Part shown: in pieces, positions 41,830-53,921 of the stretch | Layout of the letters: each line of letters opens with the position of its first letter | Numbering within the stretch: the first letter of the stretch is position 1 | NCBI RefSeq assembly: GCF_021869535.1 | Contig: NW_026262581.1 | Coordinates: 48,732,001 to 48,796,000, forward strand | Direction: 5' to 3' | DNA from: Mytilus californianus | Taxonomy: Eukaryota | Length of the DNA stretch: 64,000 nucleotides | The notes under the pieces: model-generated | Seen by the model: the letters and a program-made list of their open reading frames with translations, nothing else | What the model was told of the DNA's origin: nothing | Databases searched by the model: none | Program-made: the position numbers and the translations under genes

Positions 41830-43670
41830 GCAACTAAACATAAATCTAACATAAACAGCAGCAGTTGTCCTTTTCTAGATTTAGACATTTCAATTTCTAA
41901 AGGGAAACTCCGTACTAAAATTTACAACAAAAGAGACGATTTTTCATTCCCTATTGTTAATTTTCCTTTTTTTAGACGGCGATGTGCCTTTGGCTCCATC
42001 ATATCCCAACTCGTTCGGTATGCCCGTGTGTGTAGTGATGTCATAGATTTTAACGAACGTAATCAATGCATCACTGGTAAATCATTTAGTCAGGGATTTC
42101 GTTACCATAAATTACTCAAAACTTTTACTAAATTCTTTCATAGATACAAAGATTTGATTAGTAAATTTGGCTGTACCTGTAGAAAATTTATTAAAAATAG
42201 TATTTCACATCCTAAATTTTACGGTAATATTGTACTTAAAGCGCGGAAATCACTATGTGATCCGTGTAAACTCATCGAACCTTTAAACAAACTTATTAGT
42301 AAGGGTTATCGTACCAATGTTGTAATTAGATCTCTCAATATAGTTTACATTGGCATCAATATCGATTTTGTCATTAGGAAATTAAAACATAACTAAATTT
42401 GTATTTTCTTTTCAAACGGGATGTATAGAGACACACACACGTTCATTTTTATCTATAAAGAAGTCACTCCTAACTATCCTACTACCTGTCGATACATTTT
42501 TTTTTGGCATTGCACAAGTCATGTCTTCTTTGACTGTTCATGACGTTAAAATACTAAATCCCTGGGATGTGTTTTAGTTAATTTCAGTCTCTGATGCATG
42601 ATGTTTTATTATTAATTGTTTTGGCTTTTAACTAGTTGTCAGTAACTGCGAGTACTCTCTAATCTTACTTTCTTTTTAATTTGACCTGTTGATACTATTT
42701 GTAATGCTATTTTGTTATTTAATGTTAACATGGATCTTGTCTATATACCAGCTTTGATTATTTGGTATTACTACAAGTTTTCACTTCTTCGTACTATGAA
42801 CATCAAAATTATTTCATTTCTCCTTAAATACTGTTCTTGAAACTGTACAGGAAGTTTTATCTAGCACTTATTGTATAGTTTTATTGTTGAAATTCACCCC
42901 ATACGTACCAAGTGTTAGATTAGTTTTATTGATATTAAAGAAATTTCTTGGTATTCCTTAACGGAAGATTTTATACACACAGAAGAAGAAGTACAAATGT
43001 ATACTGAACAACAAATTTTTTTTCATTTACCGTTGTATAATATGACGCAGGTTTTTTTCAAAAGTGATTATTTTCTAAATATTGTGTAACATTTCACAGT
43101 GGTATCATACATTAACTTTGTTTAAACCTGTTTATTTACTTTTGACCTTAATTATTTAGCCCTTATAATTTTTATTAACTATGTATTTGCATTCAGGTAT
43201 CACAGATCAAATTAATTCGTTCATTGTGTGTTAATTTACGTTTTATGAATGAGTTAAGCCTTCCAATCGATATTTTATAGTGTGTCTTTCTATGTTATGA
43301 TGTTATACTATTGAATCAGAAAAGGGAGACGGTTTGGTACCATTAAAACGTTTAATCCCGCTGCAAATGTTTGCACCTGTCCTAAGTCAGGAATCTGATG
43401 TACAGTAGTTGTCGTCTATTTATGTAGTTTATACGTGTTTCTCGTTTCTCGTTTTTATATAGATTAGACCGTTGGTTTTCCCGTTTGAATGGTTTGACAC
43501 TAGTAATTTTTGGGGCCCTTAATAACTTGCTGTTCGGTGTGAGCCAATGCTCCGTGTTGAAGGCCGTACCTTTACCTATAATGGTTTACTTTTATAAATT
43601 GTTACTTAGATAGAGAGTTGTCTCATTAGCACTCATACAACATCTTCCTATATCTATATATCTATTACAA
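41830..43670 (+). mobile_element. 5'-truncated Penelope-like retroelement insertion: RT C-terminal fragment (41833-42396, disrupted) ending in the high-copy repeat
   Basis: ORF 42028..42396 plus upstream FLDLDISISKGK…KRDDFSFPIVNFPF. The whole 1.84 kb is absent at the paralogous site ~29510-29530. Confidence 0.75.
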
Positions 43671-43969
43671 GTAATTAGAAATGGCAAAGTATTATGAATA
43701 AGAGAAATCATGATTTCGAACTACTAAAAATTTAGAAATTATTACGTGGTTTTTATCAATGCGAATAATGTGACTGGATGATTATCGCAATAATAAGAAC
43801 TCGCACTTACATATCTGATACATATATATATATGTTTTTCTAAAAAAACGCAATAATTATTTTCGTCTTTTGTCCATTTTTCAAATATTGCATTAATAAA
43901 TGCACGCAATAATTTTTGAATTTGCAGTATTCTATGGGTGTTTTTAACCCTGTGCAGTACCTGATAGAT

Positions 43970-44430
43970 ATAAAAAGATGTGGTATGAGTGCCAATGTGA
44001 TAACTCTCCATCCAAATCACAATTTAAAAAAAAGGAAACAATTATAGGTCAAAGTACGGCCTTCAACACGGAGCCTTGGTTTACACCGAACAGCAAGCTT
44101 TAAAGGGACCCAGATAATAACTAGTGTAAAACCATTCCAATAGGAAAACCCACGGTCTAATCTATGTAAATAAAAACGAGAAACGAGAAACACTTATGAA
44201 TCACATCAACAAACGACAACCACTGAACATTAGGTTTCTGACAGGTGCAAACAAATGCAGCGGGTTTAAACGTTTTAATAGGCGCCAATCTTTACCCTTC
44301 CTGAAACAATAGTGTAACATCACAACATAGAAAGACACACTATAAATTATCAATTGATTGGCTAAAAAAATCAAAAGACATATCAACAAAAACAAGTGAA
44401 CATACACTGAACGAATGAATTTAATCTATG
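43970..44430 (-). repeat. Copy of the high-copy interspersed repeat
   Basis: Reverse complement of ~43190-43650. Confidence 0.85.
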
Positions 44431-46378
44431 ACACAATGTAAATTAACATTAATGTATGTTTTAGTGTGGCCTCAGAAACTTTTGATTTTTTTCAATGTAC
44501 ATATATGACACAGATGTAGTGCAAATGAAATTGGTATATTGTTTTGATTGTACTACCACTTAAATTTTAAAGCGAAAAGATGCTTCAGGTAAAGAATTGT
44601 TTGTCTCTCTGTGCAATTTCTTGTTTATTTTATTTTGTTTTTGTTTTTGAACATTGTTTGTTTTGTTTGTATCCATTTCATTGATTCCCTCGGCATGTCT
44701 GTATTTCTTCGTTTTTGATACCTTTTCCTGTCGTCTATCGTGTTGTTAAGTTTGATTGGCCGTGGATGTAAACAAAAGTCCTTCTTGACACATTTACGGT
44801 GCAGACCGTGGTTACATTCTGAAAAGTTTAAAATTGATCAATGTAGACAACAACAATAGTTAAACACATCAATTTGTTATGTTTTAAGTGAGTGCTAAGT
44901 GAAAAGTCGATGTTTTAAATTAAATTTTTAAAGCAATTATTAACCATTATTTCTGTCTTTGACTACCAAACAAAGATCGGGTAATGTGTTGGCTTTCATA
45001 GTTGCACGAACTTACAGTATATTCTACGTAATTTCAAGAAGAATATCATTCACCTAAGGACAACGATGAAAGGTTGAGTGTTAAGACCTTTTTGAGTTTG
45101 TTGGTATTGATTGGCCACAAATTTAAGTATGCAAAATTGTCATTTCCGCTTGTTTAAAATATCTATTGTTGTTCTCAATTGAACTAAAATTCTTTTTTTT
45201 GATATCCATAAAACCATTTGATGATTGAGTTTTTTTTTATCAAATATAGAATAAGCACACAATCTTTACCATACTCATTGATATAAATCGTTTTTTTTTT
45301 CTATAGTTCTACATTTTATCTGATTTCATGTTCTATAGCGAAATAGAACAAGAACAGTCTCCTATACTATATCAATATATAAGCACAGATAAACAGTGAA
45401 GTGTTATTTTTATTGTCATGCTATAAAAGACTAGCTGTATGTTTGCTTACAAATGTAGTAATGGATACTCTGAAATTTCCATAAAAACGTTTTCGGATGA
45501 GGTAAGGTAGTAATCAAATATGGAACATCGAAGAAGGTTTACAAAACCCTCTTAGCTGTCTATTAGATATAAAAAAAAAATTAAGATGTGGCATGATTGC
45601 CAATGAGACAAGTCACCACCAGAGACGTAATGATGTGAAAGTTGACAACTATAGGTCAGCAAATGACCTTCAACAATGATTAATACCCATACCGCATAGT
45701 AAGCTATGAATACTTCATATATCTTTAAATATTAAGGACCGACCATATAAATGTTCATATATAAATTTACAAGCAAACATAATATTTCCTGAGGTAAACT
45801 ATTTTTGCTATTAAAATATATCCTTAAACTTCTTTCCATGACATTATTGTGGTTTCATGTATACCTATTTTAATAAACGAAGATTTTTTGGATAATGTCA
45901 TTCATTGATTCTGTTTTCTTATAGTCAATCTTTAGTTGTTCGATTTGCCTAGCTGTCAGCACGTATCCAGATTTAAAAAAATCCAAAGACTTCTTTGAAA
46001 ATATAAATAAGTAGTTATTTTAGAATGCAAATAAATGTAGAACTTTCAAAGGCATTGTGTTTGCTTTGGCGAATATAGTTTATAGATTTTGTTCTACAAT
46101 TTTTCTAATTGTTTATGGTATGTATGTATGTGTTTGTGTTAAGAGTAAATGTGTAAATGGTATTAATTGAAATCACCAAACTCTTTTTCAATTAATATCT
46201 TATTTTTCTTATCTGTATTAATTTTGAGTAGGATTGCTTTGACGCTTAAATAATCAATATTTTGTATTGTAGTATAGAAAATTTATACAATAACACAAAC
46301 TGAATGCAACATTTTATTTTGTAAAAAAATAATAAATAAGTGTTCAACGTCTGGATTTTGGTGATATTCTGTACATGT

Positions 46379-48218
46379 TCATCGTGTGTATCCATTAGAC
46401 GGCCTTCTTCGACAAATCATGTGACAATTAACAGTTGCACAGTATTTGTTCGTTGGACAATCTCCATCACGATGGCACTCTTTTTTGCAACCAATTGATC
46501 CACTTACTACTGACTGAGAAACGACCCCTGAACCAGAAGTACGTACTGATCCACCACGTCTTAAGGAAACTGTGTCTAATACATCAAGTCTACTTCGTCT
46601 AAGGTTGGTTGCGTCAAGAATATCAGAACCTGCATGACCAGATATTCCACGACTTCTACCTATTGTTTCCAAATGAGCTTTGCTAGATAGGCCCAAATCC
46701 CTGGCCAGACCAGATGAACCAATTCTGCTGCCAGAGGATAAATGACCATCATTACTCGAAACTCTGGTCAAGCCAGATGACAAACTTCTAATTATTTCCC
46801 TCCTTATAGAGTCGGACAATCCAGATGCACCAATTATACTTCCAGAAGAAATTTCGACGCAGTAGCTGCTACAACCATTGTGAATACATTTATGTCCTGA
46901 ACGACATAATTTATCTCCTCCACACCCATAATGACAGTTACTGATAATGTCATCGCCAGATAAAGCACGTGAAATACCAGCTGAGGAGCCTCTAATAATT
47001 TCAGTTACAGATGTCCTGCCTCCAATAGAACCCCCAGAAAATCCTCTACTAGCTGATGACCCGCGTGATAAAAAGTCATTGCCTATTCCATGAGATGTTC
47101 CAACTGCTCTTGATCCTGCTCGTCTGTTTGCATCAATTACATCCAGTACAGAAAGGGATCCAGCACCACTACGCCCGTTTATGTCTCTCCCAACTGTGTT
47201 TTCGACCTGTAAAATCTTCTTCACTCCATGTTTGTCTAATGCATGCTTTTCTGTTGGTGAATAGGCTGTAAGGATAAATATCGAACTATTTTTACAATAT
47301 TCACAAATCAAGTAATACAAAATACAATACAGGTGAATTACTATCTGCATATGAATATCAGGATATATGTAGTAATTGCAAATAAGACAACTATTCACCA
47401 TACACCAAAGGATGGTGTAAACTTGTAAAACCTTCTTCACTCCATTTATATCTAATGCATGCTTTTCAATGGGTGCATAGACTGTAAAATTAAATATCTC
47501 ACAATTTATATAATCTTTATCAATAAAGTAATACCATAAACAATACAGGTTAACTAATATTTACATATTTATATAAGGATACTTGGTACAATTGTCAAAA
47601 AACAATTATCCACCATAGACCAAAAGTCGAGGTTGTAAAGAGTTGCAGATATCGTTCGGTTTCAGCACTGAGCAAAGCCCATACCTTATCGTAAGCTATT
47701 ACAAGACCCCTATGATAAAATTCAAAACAATTCAAAACACAAAACCATTCGTTTCAAACTTTTTTCTTCTAATTTACAAAAAATATGCAGATTCTCATTT
47801 TTTTATATAGATCAGACTGTTGGTTTTCCTGTTAGAATGGTTTTACACTAGTCATTTTGGGGGCCCTTTAAAGCTTGCTGTTTGAAGTGAGCCTAGGCTC
47901 CGTGTTGAAGGCCGTACTTTTACCTATAATGGTTTACTTTTACAAATTTAGACTTGGATGGAGAGTTGTCTCATTGGCACTCATATCACATCTTCTTATA
48001 TCTAGATGTTGGTACTATGCTTTCTTATAATTATGTACGAAAGTTATCTATGTTTAAGAACATTTCTGCGGTAAGATATTTAGATTTTATATACACTTTG
48101 AAAACACTTTTGTCAAACAGCTTATATATATCGAAATGTCAAATTAAATAATTTGCTTACCAGTTACTGTCATTGTGGTCAATGCCATCAAAAAGAATAT
48201 GGTCTGGAACCTCATCAT
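46379..48218 (-). CDS. Copy 4: secreted Ser/Gly/Arg-rich two six-Cys-module protein, 314 aa; join(48218..48161, 47265..46379)
   Basis: Signal exon MMRFQTIFFLMALTTMTVT ending G|GTAAG; acceptor TTACAG at 47266; 895-nt intron containing a repeat and a duplicated acceptor. Confidence 0.88.
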
Positions 48219-48741
48219 TTTTAAGAATTCTGAAATTTACAGGATAATATCATTTCTAAGAAAATAACAATTCACATATTTAATTTTAATACGAATCATT
48301 TCATGGAAAAAAATAGTCTGACTTTACTATACACCTGCAAGACAGTAAAATTAAAAAAAAATATACTCTTTGAGGCTAATATTTTCTTTGGGAGGTATAT
48401 AAAATGCCAAAACAATTTTGATACTAAGCCAACATGAGGGGTGTGTTGTGCTTTTTTTGGAGCTACAGGTTGTTCAAATTGAGATGTAGTGGAAGGATTA
48501 TACCTGAAGAAGGCATGTGAATTAAAAAAAAAATCTGAAAGTCGATAGAATTTTTAAATGAACATCCGAGACAGCCCTTATCAAATGCATTCTGGTAATA
48601 AAAAATAGAAAACAATTTGAGAAAAGAAGGAAAAGGTGCCAATATTTCGACCGTTATGATCTTTTTTAAGGGATATCTTCGCAATAAGAAAAGAAAAAAC
48701 CAAGCTGAATGTGAACAGTGTGTCCTTAAGAAAAATATAAA

Positions 48742-49841
48742 CGATACTCAGGTTTATCAAATCATAAGACCGCAAGGAGACTGGTGCGATCTGTCCAAAC
48801 GCCTAGAAAAATGTTTGTCTGATATTGGTGATTGGATGAGTGTCAACATGCTGAAACTTAATGAAGACAAAACAGAATTAATCATTTTTGCACCAAAGCA
48901 TCAGTTGAAGCATCTTTCCGATTTCCGTCTGACATTTGATGGAACTGTGTTAAGCGACGTTTCTTGTGTGAAAAATCTGGGCATGTACTTTGATAAAACC
49001 ATCAACATGGAACATCAAGCCAGTGCGATCACTAAGGCTTGTTTTTACCAAATTCGGAATATTGGTCGAATTCGATCTTTAATTTCAGTAGAATCCTGTA
49101 AAACACTAGTATGCTCCCTAGTTACATCAAGGCTGGACTATGGCAATGCATTGTTGTACGGTACTAACACCAACATTATCAGTAAGTTACAGCGGGTCCA
49201 AAATACAGCAGCACGTTTGATTACACGAAAAAAGAAATTTGACTCAATTACGCCTGTTCTAATATCGTTACACTGGCTACCCATACATTACCGTTGCCAA
49301 TATAAACTTCTTTTATATGTGTACAAAGCCCAGAATGGCAAGGCTCCTAGCTACCTTCAAGATTTAATTACGCCTTACAAACCCAGTAGATCCCTCAGGT
49401 CGGAAAATTGTATGCTCTTACATCCTCCGAATGACGTCCGAACGAAAAGCTACGGTGAGAGGCGTTTTGACAAGGCTGCACCTACACTCTGGAACAGTTT
49501 GCCATCGTCCTTGCGGAGTGTAAATTCTTTGGATGTTTTTAAAAAGCAACTCAAGACTCACTTATTTCGGACTGCTTTTAAGGATTTCTTGTAGATTTTA
49601 TATACTTTTAATTGACTGCTTTAGTTTTAGACTGTTTTTTTGTATATTTTAGGGTACATGCATTTTTCATTTTTAGTATTTTATTAATTTTTATATGCTT
49701 GTTTGATTCTTGTAAGTTGGTGCTTTGTAATTTATGTTTTATGTATTTTTGTATTTTATTTATTTTCAAATGTGAAGCGCTTAGAGTAATTGTTGTTATT
49801 ATATAATGCGCTGTTATTGTATTTATTATTTATTATTATTA
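48742..49841 (+). mobile_element. 5'-truncated L2/CR1-group LINE (RT C-terminal part and 3' UTR with (TTA)n tail), antisense in intron 1 of copy 4
   Basis: ORF 48617..49594 has DTQVY, LKLNEDKTE, SRLDYGNALL, LQRVQNTAARL and LHWLP motifs. Absent from the equivalent site of copy 5 (~63640). Confidence 0.9.
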
Positions 49842-50546
49842 CCAATATTCATGCAACAGATGCGCATGTCGACTATTAATGCATTTAATATAGTGATGCT
49901 CGAGGCAATATTTTAAGACTCAAAATGTTATACTAGGGTTGAAGAGCTGAATAAAAAAGAAAATAAAGTATAGACAAATCTGGGGAAAAATTCAGAGCAA
50001 TAAATCGTATAAATGAAGCTTCAATCTATACCACAACTTTATTTTTCAGAGAGCTTATGTTGAAATTACAAAAAAGAAAGATATATTAGATATCGATTCA
50101 CGAAATAACAAATAAAGAAAAGGGGATTGAAGCAAAATATACATCTCGAACTTGCATAACATACATTGATTGTCAAGTTTAAGAATGAAATAGACATTTA
50201 TTTTTTACACTGTTTCAACTTCAGAAAGGAACATGACTTTGTATACTTATTATCGTCAATCTATGAAATAGTTAATTCAGTCAGATTTTCAATTCTGGTA
50301 GATTTTAAAAAAGCGAAAATCAGTTGTGGAAATGAATTATACTCTGATGCAGTACTATGTTACTGTATCTTATACTAAATTACTTATATCAATACGAAAA
50401 TGGCGAACAATGCACAACGCTTTCAGCTATATAAATCCTTTATGTAAATCTTTATTAACTTATTTAATATCTTTGTTACTATTGCATTATTTATGTTTTG
50501 TATATTTATCAAATTTTTGTATGCTTAATATTTAAAAATTTCTTAC

Positions 50547-50615
50547 CTTTGTTTCAAGCGATTGGAATTATTTCTAATGAATAGTATTTTAATGCTTACA
50601 AAATGTCCTTTTATA
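50547..50615 (-). promoter_or_regulatory. Putative core promoter and non-coding first exon of copy 4 (TATAAAA 50615-50609; start ~50585; donor AAG|GTAAG at 50546)
   Basis: Same spacing as copies 2 and 3. Confidence 0.6.
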
Positions 50616-53503
50616 CCTTTTTTCAATTATTTTGTTTATAATACACATGTACACAAGGAAATTTGTAATTAACCGCAAATGATGAATTCGTTAATTATAT
50701 TTGAAACTTTAAATGTCATGCTGTCGTACTTTTTAGAAATTGCAGAATATGTCTATCTAAAGAAATGTACTTAAGGTGAATAACACATTTTGTTTCCTCC
50801 TACATCAAACATATGTTCCATTACATCATAAAACATGTATGTATTTTGAAATATTGCTTTCACCTATTAATAATGTTCTCAAATGAACGCATTGCATATT
50901 TGGTAGAACCTAGAGACTTGTACAGTTTGAAAAAAATAGTAAACTGAAGTCGTATATTTCCTTACAGACGATATGTTTATTTCTTTAAATTGTTTGGAAA
51001 ACCACGCGATGCTTGCTAATTATTTAACATGACGTTGGAAAAATTATCTAAGGTAGACGATTTTCAATCTAACAACAAGTCTCGCAATTTGTCTGCACAT
51101 GATTCACTAGTCTTGTTTGAATCATAAAAACAGGGCGCAATTAAAAATCAATTACGAATTTAAAGAAAATGAAAACCAAGAATTCCAAAAAAGTTCCGTC
51201 AAATCTGGCTACTGTCAGCTTTGTCTTGGGGTAAAACTAAATCCTTCTTGATTTGATGCTATTCTACATTTTTTGTTAATGTAAAATTTCAGACAATTAT
51301 CTTTTTTTCTCAACCAAAGTAAGAAGATTACTTGTTAGATGATACACACGATGAAAAAACGTCTCCCAGCAGTAGTTTCGACCTAGTTGTTGTAGTACTC
51401 AGCGACACGATTATTGTCTAGTCGTTACGGGTGCTCCCACGCTTCAAATATCGTGAACAGTAAGATCAAGAGCTTTTTCTTACTTAAACAAAACCCCTTT
51501 ATCCTTTCAAGACGATTTAGAGCTTAAAATAATATGTCGACACCTGTCTTTTGTCGAAGACTATATCTTACCCTAAAGATATCTTTTGCTTACTTTTGTC
51601 GATGGATTGCTATCTCTTAGACGTGCATCCACATCTTCTCATTCATAACTGTCTCACTTCTGATCTAGGAATCTTCATAGTAGTTCAGCAGACGTTCAAA
51701 CTCGTCAAAGATACCCGGTTATAATTTAGTACGCTAGACGATCGTTTCATCTACATAACATTCATCTGTGGTGATCGAAATTAAAATTGATGGAAGACCA
51801 GATCAAATGCAAAACTGAAGAGCATTTAATCATTTAGTCAATGTGACCATCATACAATTCAAAATCTCATGTTATTAGACATAACTTTGCCTTGTTCTAA
51901 ATGTTTTATCAATCAAACCTAAAAGGAGATTAAACAAACTTTTCTATCTACATTTCATTGCAGCAGCTGCAAATTAACTCACAGATAGATATGGATCTTG
52001 CATAACATTTTTGGGATTTCATTTTTGTTTGGCGAGACAATATTATAAACAAGTATAAGTTGAGAAAGAAAAAATCTTCTGAAATTTCATTTCCATGTTG
52101 AAGTTTGATTCGAATTTCATGCAGCCATCAGAAATAATGTAAAGTAGTTTTCGATAACATCAATTCTTAATATTTGCATCAATTTAAAAAAACTTATCTT
52201 GTTGATACATTTGCTGGGCAACATTACTTATACCTATTCCGAGAAAGAAGGAATATATCATGTTTGATACAGACAATCACTACTTTGTCTTCTTTAAACA
52301 TTGGGAAATAGTAACAAACAACATATTGAACTTTTTTCATTGTTGAATACAAACAAAAGAAATATAGTTAGTGTATTTATTACACCCTTGAATTTTGATA
52401 GGCGATATCCCTTTGTTGATGATTTATCAACTGATTCAGTGAACACCATAGGCTACGGTAAATTGTGTGTTTCTACTCAGGAATGGAAAGTTGACAATAT
52501 TAAAACTTAGAAATCGATTTTGTTCAATCTCTTAATTTCCAGTGTTAATGCGACTCTTTCAGATTTTGTTTGTACCGTGATTTGTAATTTTTTAATCGAA
52601 TAATGTGATTTGACGATCAATTAACTGTTGTTGCTGCACATCATTTCAACCAGCATCAATCAAAGACAACAATCTAGATATGAAGCAAACTTCATCATCT
52701 TAAAAAAATAATAAAAGAAGCAGAGATACCACGGGGACATCAAAAACTCATCAAATGAGAGAAAAATGAGAACGCCATTGCAAATAAAAAAGAAAGAAAG
52801 ATGACGAAAAGACAAACAAGTTGACAAAACACTACATAAGAAAAAGTTATAAATAAACAACACGAACCCTACCAAAAACTTACACATCCTTGAAAAATGT
52901 GAAATGTAAGCACTCAATAACAAATAAAGGAACACGCCAATTTGTGTGAAAGAGAAATCAAAATATTTTTTAATTTGTTTTCTTCTTCTCTATATATACA
53001 TATTTGTTTCAATTCTGCTTCATATGAGCTATATAAGTAGTTTTGATTAACTTATTTGCATTTTTGTTGATTTCTTCAAAATGTTCCTTTTAACGTTATT
53101 CCTAGATAGTAACCATTAAATGTTTAATCTGCACGTCAAAATTGGTATTATAAAACAGGTCTGCACAAAATGCATTGTAGTGTATATTTGTGTCATTACG
53201 CCCTTTGTAATAATTAAGATATGTTTTTTTGTTACAATTTCTTTATTACACATTTTCTGTAACATGTTACTAATTTAACAGCTTTGAACTTAGTATTCTT
53301 CAGATTAATTTATTTTTTAAGGGAAGCACCATTTTGAAAGATATAACTTAATTAATTATGTTAGTATTAATAATATAACTTATTCAAAGAATATATTATA
53401 AAGATATCAAATATCATCAATATGTTCATTATATTTGTATATTTCATGTAAGAACAATTTTCTTGGTGTCATGGACTTAAGAATGGCAAGTATATTTATC
53501 ATA

Positions 53504-53921
53504 TAGAATGGACTCTCATCCAAGTATAACTTGAAATATGAAGGATGAGAGTCATTCTAGTAATGGAGCCTGAGGCTCAAGAGGATGTTACTATAGCATT
53601 CATTTCCCGATGTACAACGAGGCATCTCATTTAAAAGAGGTCAAAATCCTTGACCTATGGGTATGACGTAGCTATACCTAGCTATAAATACTGCGGCTAT
53701 TACCTGTGCCAATCATGATTCAAAGTTTGTTTGTGCAACCAAAACAATTGGGATGGGCAAACAGTACCCTCCAAACTGGGTGGGTAAATTGTAACATCCT
53801 CTTGAGCCTCAGGCTCCATTACTAGAATGACTCTCATCCTTCATATTCCAAGTTATACTTGGATGAGAGTCCATTCTACTAATTACGCTCCTCGGCTCTT
53901 CGAGGATGTTACTATAGCATA
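53504..53921. repeat. Nested inverted repeat: 88-bp arms (53504-53591 / 53791-53878), each internally palindromic
   Basis: Arms are reverse complements with one mismatch seen. Each contains TAGAATG(G)ACTCTCATCC…GGATGAGAGT(C)CATTCTA. Confidence 0.9.

Noticed and set aside
47266-47440. N-terminal extensions of the track ORFs (46379..47440, 35283..36224, 61515..62468, 7035..7937) as real N-termini
   Set aside because: They run into intron 2 past the conserved TTACAG acceptor; the true start is the signal exon.
5172-48151. Recurrent 'MDGELSHWHS…' ORFs (5172..5402, 31763..32011, 33167..33415, 47954..48151) as a peptide family
   Set aside because: They start inside the high-copy repeat terminus and run into unrelated flanks.
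48617-48741. Host-LINE fusion protein in ORF 48617..49594
   Set aside because: The first ~42 codons are antisense intron sequence that happens to be in frame; there is no evidence of a promoter.
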